A stretch of DNA of 64,000 nucleotides, from assembly GCA_964016885.1 (NCBI GenBank), contig OZ024755.1, positions 40,610,001 through 40,674,000 of the forward strand. The letters are read 5' to 3'. The notes beneath the pieces were generated by a model. It was not told the DNA's origin and made no database searches. It saw only the letters and a list, made by a program, of their open reading frames with translations. Origin of the DNA: Eledone cirrhosa (lineage: Eukaryota). Both the position numbers and the translations under genes were made by a program. Below, piece by piece: positions 1 through 13,500 of this stretch (the first letter of the stretch is position 1; each line of letters opens with the position of its first letter).

Positions 1-222
1 ATCGCAATGTTATAGTAATGATTTGATATACTGACGATGTCATAGATGTGTGTGACGAAATAAGTATATTTATATTTATATTGTTTAACTGGTGGTCAAT
101 CAATGTTTATCATTGATTGTAAGCTGAATTATTTATAGAAATATAAAAATATGCTGAAGCGAAAACCAAACCAAACAGAGAGAGTGTTTTATTATATTTT
201 TCTGGCAATATTATAACAATAT
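1..222 (+). repeat. Non-satellite spacer unit, copy 1 (truncated by window edge), contains a degenerate HHR-like core
   Basis: Near-identical to 1579-1794 and 4779-5000. Contains CTGACGA(31-37)-T-GTCATA..TGTGAC-GAAA(57-60)-TAAG-TA. Confidence 0.85.
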
Positions 223-1375
223 AACGGCAGCATAAATGACTAAAATGACTCTAAAATAGCTAAGACTGCATTATAAATTACTTAAATGACTCTTAAATAG
301 CTAAAACGGCATCATAAATGACTAAAATGATTCTAAATTAGCGAAAACGGCATCATAAATGACTAAAATGACTCTAAAATAGCTAAAACGGCACCATAAA
401 TGACTAAAATGCCTCTAAAATGGCGAAAACGGCACCATAAATGACTAAAATGACCCGTAAATAGTAAAAACGGCATCATAAATGACTAAAATAACTCTAA
501 AATAGCTAAAACGGCGACATAAATGACTAAAATGACACTAAAATAGGGAAAACGGCACCATAAATGACTAAAATGACTCTAAAACGGTTAAAACGGCATC
601 ATAAATGACTGAAATAGCATCATAAATGAAGAAAATGATACTAAAACGGCATCATAAATTATGGAAATGACTAAAAGGGCATCAGAAATGACTAAAATAA
701 GCCTAAAATATCGAAAACGGCATCATAAATGACTAAAATGATTCTAAAATGGCTAAAACGGCATCATGAATGACTAAAATGACTCAACATAGCTAAAACG
801 GCATCATAAATGACTAAAACGGCATCATAAATGACTAAAATGACACTAAAATAGCTAAAACGGCATCATAAATGACTAAAATGACTCTAAAATGGCGAAA
901 ACGGCACCATAAATGACTCAAATAGCATCATAAATGAAGAAAATGATACTAAAACGGCATCATAAATGATGAAAATGATTAAAACGGCATCATAAATGAT
1001 GAAAATGATTAAAACGGCATCATAAATGACTAAATGACTCTAAAATAGCTAAAACGGCATCATAAATGACTAAAATGACTCTAAAATGGCGAAAACGGCG
1101 CCATAAATGACTAAAACGGCATCATAAATGACTTAAATGAGACTAAAATAGCTAAAACGGCATCATAAATGACTAAAATGACTCTAAAATGGCGAAAACG
1201 GCACCATAAATGACTCAAATAGCATCATAAATGAAGAAAATGATACTAAAACAGCATCATAAAAGATGAAAATGACTAAAACGGCGTCATGAATTACTGA
1301 AATGACTCTAAAATAGCTAAAACGGCGTCATGAATGACTAAATGACTCTAAAATAGCTAAAACGGCGCTATAAAT
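221..1375. repeat. 41-bp AT-rich satellite array
   Basis: Tandem units of AAAACGGCATCATAAATGACTAAAATGACTCTAAAATAGCT with ~21-bp truncated variants. Confidence 0.95.
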
Positions 1376-1794
<419 letters not shown>

Positions 1795-1924
1795 GTTACG
1801 TCCCTTTACGATCTGAGTTCAAATCCCGCCGAGGTTGACTTCTGCTTTTCATCCTTACGGGGTCGATAAAATAAAGTACCAGTAATGCACTGGATAATTG
1901 CTGGCCTTGTGCCAAAAGTAGAAA
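1795..1924 (+). mobile_element. 5'-truncated tRNA-derived SINE with 11-bp target-site duplication (TSD)
   Basis: B-box GAGTTCAAATCCC, body CATCCTTACGGGGTCGATAAAATAAAGTACCAG, tail GGCCTTGTGCCAAAAGTAGAAAC. CAATATTATAA at 1784-1794 and 1925-1935. Absent from paralogous copies 1 and 3. Confidence 0.9.
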
Positions 1925-1939
1925 CAATATTATAACAAT

Positions 1940-3735
1940 ATAACGGCACCATAAATTACTAAAATGACTCTAAAATATCTAAAACGGCATCATAAATGAC
2001 TAAAATAACTCTAAAATAGCTAAAACGGCGACATAAATGACTAAAATGACTCTAAAATAGGGAAAACTGCACCATAAATGACTAAAATGACTCTAAAACG
2101 GTTAAAACGGCATCATAAATGACAAAAAGGACTCTGAAATAGCGAAAACGGCGACATAAATGACTAAAATGACTCTAAAATAGGGAAAACTGCATCATAA
2201 ATGACTAAAATGAGTCTAAAATAGCTAAAACGGCATCATAAATGACTAAAATGACACTAAAATAGCTAAAACGGCATCATAAATGACTAAAATGACTCTA
2301 AAACGGCACCATAAATGACTGTGTAGTGACCTACACACCGCGGGCTCACATACATTCTCTGTGCGTGATTTGGTTCAGCTCAGCCAATCAGCGCCAGTAG
2401 AAGAGGATGTATCCCTACGCGTTCTGAGGGAGAAATAGCCCGCAAAGATTTGAGGACGCTATCACTTCCAGCTAGACCGTGCTAAGGTAAAACACCACTT
2501 GTTCTTTTGCTCCGCCAGCACAAACAATATGTAACGACACAACAATTTTACTACGGAATTGGTTAAACGCCTCAGCCAGTCGACCGTATTTTCTCTTGTA
2601 ATCTTAATTGATTTGTTTTATTTCTCTTGGCATGCCAGCTCAACCTCTATTAATAAATAATGTAAAACCAAGCTAAAGTCATTGTCGATATTCCTATCAT
2701 ATCTCTCTACCAAACCTGGTTCCTCGTGGCAACATTACAACTCTCGAAATATACTTCTCTGCTAAATTGGAACTTATATACCTCAACCAAATTGGTGACT
2801 TATATTCAACAAAGAGAAACATTCCTTTCCCTTAACTGAAATGACTCTAAAATGGCGAAAACGGCATGATAAATGACTAAAATGACTCTAGAATAGCTAA
2901 AACGGCATCATAAATGATTAAATGACTCCAAAATGGCGAAAACGACACGATAAATGACTAAAATTACTCTAAAATGGCCAAAGCGGCATCATAAGTGACT
3001 AAAATGACGCTTATATAGCTAAAACGGCATCATAAATGACTAAAAGGACTCTAAAATGGCCCAAAACGGCACCATAAATGAAAAAATGACTCTAAAATAG
3101 CTAAAACGGCACCATAAATGACTAAAATGACTCTAAAATGGCGAAAACGGCACCATAAATGACTAAAATGACTCTAAAATAGTTAGAACAACATCATAAA
3201 TGACTAAAATGACTCTAAAATAGCTAAAACGGCATCATAAATGACTAAAATGACTCTTAAATAGCTAAAACGGCATCACAAATGTCTAAAATGACTCTAA
3301 AATGAAGAAAACGGTATCATAAATGATTAAAATGACTCTAAAATGGCTAAAACGGCATCATAAATGACTAAAGTGACTCTAAAGTGGCGAAAACGACAAC
3401 ATAAATGAATAAAATGACTCTAAAATAGCTCAAACGCCATCATAAATGACTAAAATGATTCTAAAATAGCTAAAACGTCATCATAAATAATTAAATGACT
3501 CTAAAATGGCGAAAACGACATCATAAATGACTAAAATAACTCTAAAATGGCTAAAACGGCATCATAAAGACTGAAATAGCATCATAAATGAAGAAAATGA
3601 TACTAAAACGGCATCATAAATGATGAAAATGACTAAAACTGCGTCATAAATGATGAAAATGACTAAAACTGCGTAATAAATGACTAAATGACTCAAAATA
3701 GCTAAAACGGCATCATAAATGACTAAAATGACTCT
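1940..3735. repeat. 41-bp satellite array interrupted by a 513-bp insertion
   Basis: Same unit as 221-1375. Confidence 0.95.
2322..2834 (+). mobile_element. Solo-LTR-like insertion in the satellite
   Basis: Starts TGTAGTG and is flanked by ACTG (2318-2321 and 2835-2838); removing it restores an intact satellite unit. Internal CCAAT and AATAAA. Ends in TA rather than CA; an internal CATTACA (2733-2739) is an imperfect inverted match to the start. Confidence 0.65.
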
Positions 3736-3929
3736 GAGGCAGAAGAAAAAATGAGAAATAGGATAGATTGAGGGGCCGGGCGGGGTGGAATTGGAAAAAA
3801 AATGTCTTTAGAGATTGGGCATGTTGAAGGTACTAGGGTGGGAGTGAAAATAGACGAGTGAGAAGAAGGTGGTTTAAGAAGATTATAGTAGAGGAAAGGT
3901 GGTAGAGGGTCGTCATAAATTTAAATAAT

Positions 3930-4112
3930 TGTTTCTACTATTGGCACAAGGCCAGAAAATTACCCAGTACATTACTGGTACTTTATTTTATCGACCCCGT
4001 AAGGATGAAAGGCAAAGTTAACCTCGGCGGGATTTGAACTCAGAATGGCAAGGGCCGTAACTCTATGCGTCAAAGCATGGCGTCCGAACCTCTACCGATA
4101 CTGCCAATCCAC
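3930..4112 (-). mobile_element. Near full-length tRNA-derived SINE with 19-bp TSD
   Basis: Minus strand has A-box-like TGGCAGTATCGGTAGA and B-box GAGTTCAAATCCC. CGTCATAAATTTAAATAAT at 3911-3929 and 4113-4131. Confidence 0.92.
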
Positions 4113-4375
4113 CGTCATAAATTTAAATAATGCAAGAAACAAAGAAAATATCAGTGATACGAAAAGACTCCCTGGTGGAATTTTAGGTAAACTCCGGATG
4201 TTTATCCAGTTCACACACACGTAATCATACATCCACATACAGATATACTTTCTTTTCACTTTAATCTTTCCTGGTGAAGGACTAATGTCCAGTATGTTGA
4301 AACATTTCTTTTCAAGCGTGAAACTAATAAAACTTTGTGTAATTGTATTCCTGTGTTTCTCTTTTTGATCTTTAA

Positions 4376-4467
<92 letters not shown>

Positions 4468-4626
4468 AATTAAAAATACGAGGAAATAATAGACAAAAAT
4501 ATACCTATTATTTCTTCAAAGTCCTGACTGCAGTTTCGCCGAATCCGTTTGCACCAATTTATGCCCTATAGTAGTGCATCATCGCTGTGAGGTTGATAGG
4601 GCTTATCAAGAACTGTTACTTGTCGT

Positions 4627-5000
4627 GTTCGTAACAAGTGAGAAATACTCGAGAGGCAGAAGGAGAAATTAACACGTCACACACACACACACACACACAT
4701 ATATGTATATATATATATATATATACCACATTGAGTCATAAGCTTTTTCGAATTTTCATTGAGGATTTTTAGTGACATATCGCAATGTTATATTAATGAT
4801 TTGATATACTGACGATGTCATAGATGTGTGTTACGAAATAACTATATTTATATTTATATTTTTTAACTGGTGGTCAATCAATGATAAACATTGATTGTCA
4901 GCCGAATTATTTATAGAAGTATAAAAATATGCTGAAGCGAAAACCAAACCAAACAGAGAGAGTGTTTTACTATATTTTTCTGGCAATATTATAACAATAT
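4627..5000 (+). repeat. Spacer unit, copy 3
   Basis: Homologous to 1376-1794 and again directly followed by the 41-bp satellite. Confidence 0.9.
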
Positions 5001-8000
5001 AACGGCACCATAAATGACTAAAATGACTCTAGAATATCTAAAACGGCATCATAAATGACGAAAATTACTGTGAAATAGCTAAAACGGCGTCAAAAAGTTA
5101 ATAAAATGACACTTAAATAGCTAAAATGGCATCGTGAATGACTAAAATGACTCTGAAATGGCTAAAACGGCATCATAAATAACTAAAATGACTCTAAAAT
5201 GGCAAAAACGGCAGCATAAATGACTAAAATGACCCTAAAATGGTTAAAACGGCATCATAAATGACTAAAATGACTCTAATATAGCTAAAACGGCATCACC
5301 AATTAATAAAATAACACTTAAATAGCTAAAATGGCATCATAAATGACTAAAATGACTCTGAAATGGCTAAAACGGCATCATAAATAACTAAAATGACTCT
5401 AAAATGGCGAAAACGGCAGCATAAATGACTAAAATGATTCTAAAATAGCTAAAACTGCATCATAAATGAATAAAATGACTCTAAAATAGAGAAGACGGCA
5501 CTATAAATGACTAAAATGACTCTACAACGGTTAAAACGGCATCATAAATGACAAAAAGGACTCTGAAATAGCTAAAACGGCGACATAAATGACTAAAATT
5601 GATCTAAACTAGGGAAAACTGAATCATAAATGACTAAAATGACTCTAAAATAGCTAAAACGGCATCATAAATGACTAAAATGAGAATAAAATAGCTAAAA
5701 CGGCATCATAAATGATTGAATGACACCAAAATGACGAAAACGACATCATATATGACTAAAATGACTCTAAAATAGCTAAAACGGCATCATAAATGACTAA
5801 AAGGACTCTGAAATAGCAAAAACTGCGCACTAAATGACTAAAATGACCCTAAAATAGCTAAATCGGCACCATAAATGGCTAAAATGACTCTAAAATGGCG
5901 AAAACAGCAACATAAATGACTAAAATATCTAAAACGGCATCATAAAGGACTAAAATGACTCTAAAATGGCTAAAACGGCATCATAAATGACTAAAATGAC
6001 TCTTGAATAGCTAAAACGGCATAATAATTGACTAAAATGACTCTAAAACGGCACCATAAATGACTAAAAACACTCTGAAATGGAGAAAACGGAATCATAA
6101 GTGACTAAAATGATACTAAAATAACTAAATCGGCATCATAAATGACTAAAATAACTCTTAAATAGCTAAAACGGCATCATAAATGACTAAAATGATTCTA
6201 AAATAGCTAAAACGGCATCATAAATGACTAACATGACTCTAAAACGGCACCATAAACGACTAAAATGACTCTAAAATGGCGAAAACGGCACCATAAATGA
6301 CTAAAATGACTCTAAAATAGTTAGAACGACATCATAAATGACTAAAATGACTCTAAAATAGCTAAAGCGGCATCATAAATGACTAAAAGGACACTAAATT
6401 GGCGATAACGGCATCATAAATGATTAAATGACTCTAAAATAGCTAAAACGGCATCATAAATGACTGAAATGATTCTAAAATAGCTAAAACGGCATCATAA
6501 ATGATTAAATCACTCTAAAATAGCTAAAACGGCATCATAAATGACTGAAATGACTCTAAAATAGCTAAAACGGCAACATAAATGACTAAAATGACACTTA
6601 AATAGGTAAAACGGCATAATAAAAGACTAAAATGATTCTAAAACGGCACCATAAATGATTAAATGACTCTGAAATGGCGAAAACAGCATCATAAGTGATT
6701 AAAATGACTCTGAAATAGCTAAAACGGCATCATAAACGGCTAAAATGACTCTAAAATGGCTAAAACGGCATCATAAATGACTAGAATGAGTCTAAAATAG
6801 CTACTCTAAAATAGCTAAAACGGCACCATAAATGACTAAAATGACTCTAAAATATCTAAAACGGCATCATAAATGACTAAAAATTACTCTAAAATAGTTA
6901 AAACGGCATCATACATTACTAAAATGACTCTTAAATAGCTAAAACGGCATCATAAATGACTAAAATGATTCTAAAATAGCGAAAACGGCATCATAAATGA
7001 CTAAAATGACTCTAAAATAGCTAAAACGGCACCATAAATGACTAAAATGACTCTAAAATGGCGAAAACGGAATCATAAATGACTAAAATGACTCTAAAAT
7101 AGCTAAAACAGCATCAAAAATTAATAAAATGACTCTTAAATAGTTAAAACGCCATCATAAATGACTAAAATGACTCTAAAATGGCGAAAACGGCACCATA
7201 AATAACTAAAATGACGAAAACGGCATCAGAAATGACTAAAATGACTCTAAAATAGCTAAAACGGCGCCATAAATGACTAAAATGATTCTAAAATAGCGAA
7301 AACGGCATCATAAATGACTATAATGACTCTAAAATAGCTAAATCGGCACCATAAATGACTAAACTGACTCTAAAATAAGGGAAATGGCATCATAAATGAC
7401 TAAAATAACTCTAAAATAGCTAAAACGGCACCATAAATGACTAAAATGACTCAAAAATAGCTAAAACGGCATCATAAATGACTAAAATTACCCTTAAATA
7501 GCTAAAACGGCATCATATATGACTAAAATGATTCTAAAATAGCGAAAACGGCATCATAAATGACTAAAATGACTCTAAAATAGCTAAAACGGCACCATAA
7601 ATGACTAAAATGACTCTAAAATGGCGAAAACGGCAGCTAAATTGACTAAAATGACTCTAAAATGGCTAAAACGGCATCATAAATGACTAAAATGACTCTA
7701 AAATGGCGAAAACGGCACCATAAATAATTAAAATGACGAAAATGGCATCATAAATGACTAAATGACTCTAAAATAGCTAAAACGGCATCATAAATGAATA
7801 AAATGACTCTAAAAGGGAGAAAACGGCACCATAAATGACTAAAATGAATCTATAATGCTTAAAACGGCATCATAAATGACTAAAATGATTCTAAAATAGG
7901 TAAAACGGCATAATAAAAGACTAAAATGATTCTAAAACGGCACCATAAATGATTAAATGACTATGAAATGGCGAAAACAGCATCATAAGTGATTAAAATG

Positions 8001-9386
8001 ACTCTGAAATAGCTAAAACGGCATCATAAACGGCTAAAATGACTCTAAAATGGCTAAAACGGCATCATAAATGACTAGAATGAGTCTAAAATAGCTACTC
8101 TAAAATAGCTAAAACGGCACCATAAATGACTAAAATGACTCTAAAATATCTAAAACGGCATCATAAATGACTAAAAATTACTCTAAAATAGTTAAAACGG
8201 CATCATACATTACTAAAATGACTCTTAAATAGCTAAAACGGCATCATAAATGACTAAAATGATTCTAAAATAGCGAAAACGGCATCATAAATGACTAAAA
8301 TGACTCTAAAATAGCTAAAACGGCACCATAAATGACTAAAATGACTCTAAAATGGCGAAAACGGAATCATAAATGACTAAAATGACTCTAAAATAGCTAA
8401 AACAGCATCAAAAATTAATAAAATGACTCTTAAATAGTTAAAACGCCATCATAAATGACTAAAATGACTCTAAAATGGCGAAAACGGCACCATAAATAAC
8501 TAAAATGACGAAAACGGCATCAGAAATGACTAAAATGACTCTAAAATAGCTAAAACGGCGCCATAAATGACTAAAATGATTCTAAAATAGCGAAAACGGC
8601 ATCATAAATGACTATAATGACTCTAAAATAGCTAAAACGGCGCCATAAATGACTAAACTGACTCTAAAATAAGGGAAATGGCATCATAAATGACTAAAAT
8701 AACTCTAAAATAGCTAAAACGGCACCATAAATGACTAAAATGACTCAAAAATAGCTAAAACGGCATCATAAATGACTAAAATTACCCTTAAATAGCTAAA
8801 ACGGCATCATATATGACTAAAATGATTCTAAAATAGCGAAAACGGCATCATAAATGACTAAAATGACTCTAAAATAGCTAAAACGGCACCATAAATGACT
8901 AAAATGACTCTAAAATGGCGAAAACGGCAGCTAAATTGACTAAAATGACTCTAAAATGGCTAAAACGGCATCATAAATGACTAAAATGACTCTAAAATGG
9001 CGAAAACGGCACCATAAATAATTAAAATGACGAAAACGGCATCATAAATGACTAAATGACTCTAAAATAGCTAAAACGGCATCATAAATGAATAAAATGA
9101 CTCTAAAAGGGAGAAAACGGCACCATAAATGACTAAAATGAATCTATAATGCTTAAAACGGCATCATAAATGACTAAAATGATTCTAAAATAGCTAAAAC
9201 GGCGCCATAAATGATTAAAATGACTCTAAAATGGCTAAAACGGCACCATAAATGACTAAAATGACTCTAAAATAGCTAAAACTGCATCATGAATGACTAA
9301 AATGACTCTAAAATGGCTAAAATGGCATCTTAAATCACTAAAATGACTCCAAAAGGGCGAAAACGACACCATAAATGACTAAAATG
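5001..9386. repeat. 41-bp satellite array with an internal 1294-bp duplication
   Basis: Rare variants recur at offset 1294 (CTAGAATGAGTC 6781/8075; TATAATGCTT 7851/9145). Confidence 0.95.
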
Positions 9387-9759
9387 CAGAGAGGTGATAT
9401 AGGCGTGCAGACAGACAGTCGTGCAGAGAGGTGATATAGGCGTGCAGACAGACATAACTGATAATTTGGTTACGCTAATGTTTTTCTCTGCGTTGCAGTG
9501 TTTACATTTTCGATCTTTGTTAATAAATAACCAGTGCAGTTTCTATCCCCAGCATCCTCTTTTGTTATAACATTCGGGTTATCGTTATGTTTTCTTAACT
9601 TCATAAGGCATATTGTTGGTTGAGGGAATATTAATCAAAAACACCACATGCAAGTCTGCACAGTAGACACTACAGTTTTTAAGCCAAAAAAGAAACTTAA
9701 CATTGTAACTTTAACACAGCTACTGAGCGACCCTGGGCAACGCCGGGCTTTACTGCTAG
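9385..9759 (+). mobile_element. Helitron 3' portion (non-coding); 5' boundary uncertain
   Basis: GC-rich hairpin CCCTGGGCAACGCCGGGC followed by CTAG (9756-9759) and T, the canonical Helitron 3' terminus. Confidence 0.7.
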
Positions 9760-9760
9760 T

Positions 9761-9848
9761 GGTCGATAAAATCCTTTCAGTGCAGTGCCCAGCATGACAA
9801 CAGTAACACAATAGTGCCCCAGCATGGCCACTGTCTAATGACTGAAGA
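9761..9848 (+). mobile_element. Degenerate SINE 3' fragment (second tail type)
   Basis: GGTCGATAAAA...GTGCCCAGCATGGCCACTGTCTAATGACTGAAG resembles an octopus SINE tail (from memory). Confidence 0.5.
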
Positions 9849-9876
9849 CATGGCAGCTGTAGAATGAATGATGTTA

Positions 9877-9926
<50 letters not shown>

Positions 9927-9949
9927 GATCGGAATTAAGAGTATTCCGC

Positions 9950-9983
9950 AGAGAGAGAGAAAGATTATACATATAGAATAAAA

Positions 9984-10020
<37 letters not shown>

Positions 10021-10093
10021 CATATATATAAAGAGAGAGAGAGTTAGAGAGAGAGAGGGAGAGAGAGAGAGAGAAAGAATATACATATAGAAT

Positions 10094-10136
<43 letters not shown>

Positions 10137-10160
10137 CTTTTATTCTATATGTATATTCTT

Positions 10161-10213
<53 letters not shown>

Positions 10214-10233
10214 CTTTTATTCTATATGTATAT

Positions 10234-10280
<47 letters not shown>
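9950..10280. repeat. Microsatellite-rich inverted repeat
   Basis: Two (GA)n-AAGAATATACATATAGAATAAAA blocks mirrored by two TTTTATTCTATATGTATATTCTT-(TC)n blocks around a central (TA)n. Confidence 0.8.
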
Positions 10281-10323
<43 letters not shown>

Positions 10324-10556
10324 AACATAAAATACAATGCTAAATAGCTGGAAGTGTCTCATCTCACCATTTCGATGTCTTTCATGTTGTCTTCATGTAA
10401 AGAACACCATTGAAAAGTCTGCCCAAAAGTAAAACAACTAAAGATGGTTGAAGAAGAAACTGGTTGATTCCTTTGATGGCTTCTCAAGTGGCCGTCTTTC
10501 ACCATCTCACATATATTTAACTAATACCATTAGCTGCTCTCATACACCTCACACTT

Positions 10557-13500
10557 TGTCTCTCTCACTGTCTCACTGTCTCTCTCTCAGTCTATCTGTC
10601 AGTCTCTCTCTCATCCTCTCTCTCATCCTCTCTCTCAGTCTCTCTGTCAGTCTCTCTCTCAGTCTCTCTGTCAGTCTCTCTGTCAGTCTCTCTCTCAGTC
10701 TCTCTGTCATCTCTCTGTCAGTCTCTCTCTCAGTCTCTCTCTCAGTCTCTCTGTCAGTCTCTCTCTCAGTCTCTCTGTCATCTCTCTGTCAGTCTCTCTC
10801 TCAGTCTCTCTCTCAGTCTCTCTGTCAGTCTCTCTGTCAGTCTCTCTCTCAGTCTCTCTGTCATCTCTCTGTCAGTCTCTCTCTCAGTCTCTCTCTCAGT
10901 CTCTCTCTCAGTCTCTCTCTCAGTCTCTCTCTCAGTCTCTCTGTCAGTCACTCTGTCAGTCTCTCTCTCAGTCTCTCTCTCAGTCTCTCTGACTGTCTCT
11001 CTCTCTCAGTCTCTCTCTAAGTCTCTCTGTCAGTCTCTCTCTCTCAGTCTCTCTCTCAGTCTCTCTCTCAGTCTCTCTGACTGTCTCTCTCTCAGTCTCT
11101 CTCTAAGTCTCTCTGTCAGTCTCTCTGTCCGTCTCTCTGTCAGTCTCTCTCTCAGTCTCTCTGTCAGTCTCTCTGTCAGTCTCTCTGTCAGTCTCTCTGT
11201 CCGTCTCTCTGTCAGTCTCTCTGTCCGTCTCTCTGTCAGTCTCTCTCTCAGTCTCTCTCTCAGTCTCTCTGTCAGTCTCTCTGTCCGTCTCTCTGTCAGT
11301 CTCTCTCTCAGTCTCTCTGTCAGTCTCTCTGTCAGTCTCTCTCTCAGTCTCTCTCTCAGTCTCTCTGTCAGTCTCTCTGTCCGTCTCTCTGTCAGTCTCT
11401 CTCTCAGTCTCTCTGTCAGTCTCTCTGTCAGTCTCTCTGTCAGTCTCTCTCTCAGTCTCTCTCTCAGTCTCTCTGTCCGTCTCTCTGTCAGTCTCTCTCT
11501 CAGTCTCTCTCTCAGTCTCTCTGTCAGTCTCTCTGTCCGTCTCTCTGTCAGTCTCTCTCTCAGTCTCTTTGTCAGTCTCTCTGTCAGTCTCTCTGTCAGT
11601 CTCTCTGTCCGTCTCTCTGTCCGCCTCTCTGTCAGTCTCTCTGTCAGTCTCTCTGTCAGTCTCTCTGTCCGTCTCTCTCTCAGTCTCTCTCTCAGTCTCT
11701 CTGTCAGTCTCTCTGTCCGTCTCTCTGTCCGTCTCTCTGTCAGTCTCGCTGTCAGTCTCTCTGTCAGTCTCTCTCTCAGTCTCTCTCTCAGTCTCTCTGT
11801 CAGTCTCTCTGTCCGTCTCTCTGTCAGTCTCTCTGTCCGTCTCTCTGTCAGTCTCTCTCTCAGTCTCTCTCTCAGTCTCTCTCTCAGTCTCTCTCTCTCT
11901 CAATCTCTCTGTCAGTCTCTCTCTCAGTCTCTCTGTCCGTCTCTCTGTCCGTCTCTCTGTCAGTCTCTCTGTCAGTCTCTCTCTCAGTCTCTCTCTCAAT
12001 CTCTCTGTCAGTCTCTCTCTCAGTATCTCTGTCAGTCTCTCTCTCAGTCTCTCTCTCAATCTCTCTGTCAGTCTCTGTCAGTCTCTCTCTCTGTCCGTCT
12101 CTCTCAGTCTCTCTCTCAGTCTCTCTCTCAGTCTCTCTCTCAGTCTCTCTCAGTCTCTCTGTCCGTCTCTCTGTGCGTCTCTCTCTCAGTCTCTCTGTCA
12201 GTCTCTCTGTGCGTCTCTCTCTCAGTCTCTCTGTCAGTCTCTCTCTCTGTCCGTCTCTCTGTCAGTCTCTCTGTCCGTCTCTCTGTCAGTCTCTCTGTCC
12301 GTCTCTCTGTCCGTCTCTCTGTCAGCCTCTCTCTCAGTCTCTCTGTCAGTCTCTCTCTCAGTCTCTCTCTCAGTCTCTCTCTCAGTCTCTCTCTCAGTCT
12401 CTCTCTCAGTCTCTCTCAGTCTCTCTCAGTCTCTCTGTCCGTCTCTCTGTGCGTCTCTCTCTCAGTCTCTCTGTCAGTCTCTCTGTGCGTCTCTCTCTCA
12501 GTCTCTCTGTCAGTCTCTCTCTCTGTCCGTCTCTCTGTCAGTCTCTCTGTCAGTCTTTCTGTCCGCCTCTCTGTCAGTCTCTCTGTCAGTCTCTCTGTCC
12601 GTCTCTCTGTCAGTCTCTCTCTCAGTCTCTCTCTCAGTCTCTCTGTCAGTCTCTCTGTCAGTATCTCTGTCAGTCTCTATGTCATCCTCTCTCTCAGTCT
12701 CTCTGTCAGTCTCTCTCTCAGTCTCTCTCTCAGTCTCTCTCTCACTCTCTCTGACAGTTTCTCTGTCAGTCTGTCAGTCAGTCTCTCTCTCAGTCTCTCC
12801 GTCAGTCTCTCTGTCAATCTCTCTGTCAGTCTCTCTGTCAGTCTCTCTCTCAGTCTCTCTCTCAGTCTCTCTGTCAGTCTCTCTCTCAGTCTCTCTGTCA
12901 GTCTCTCTGTCAGTCTCTCTGTCAGTCTCTTTGTCAGTCTCTTTGTCAGTCTCTCTCTCAGTCTCTCTGTCAGTCTCTCTTTCAGTCTGTCAGTCAGTCT
13001 CTCTCTCAGTCTCTCTCTCAGTCTCTCTGTCATCCTCTCCGCCAGTCTCTCTGTCAGTCTCTCTGTCAGTCTCTCTCTCAGTCTCTCTGTCCGTCTCTCT
13101 GTCAGTCTCTCTGTCAGTCTCTCTGTCCGCCTCTCTGTCAGTCTCTCTGTCAGTCTCTCTGTCCGTCTCTCTGTCAGTCTCTCTCTCAGTCTCTTTCTCA
13201 GTCTCTCTGTCAGTCTCTCTGTCAGTATCTCTGTCAGTCTCTATGTCATCCTCTCTCTCAGTCTCTCTGTCAGTCTCTCTCTCAGTCTCTCTCTCAGTCT
13301 CTCTCTCACTCTCTCTGACAGTTTCTCTGTCAGTCTATCAGTCAGTCTCTCTCTCAGTCTCTCCGTCAGTCTCTCTGTCAATCTCTCTGTCAGTCTCTCT
13401 GTCAGTCTCTCTCTCAGTCTCTCTCTCAGTCTCTCTGTCAGTCTCTCTCTCAGTCTCTCTGTCAGTCTCTCTGTCAGTCTCTTTGTCAGTCTCTTTGTCA

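Noticed and set aside
4245-4325. Possible small host exon on the minus strand (AG...GT bounded, open frame)
   Set aside because: No recognisable homology or partner exons; cannot be supported without RNA data.
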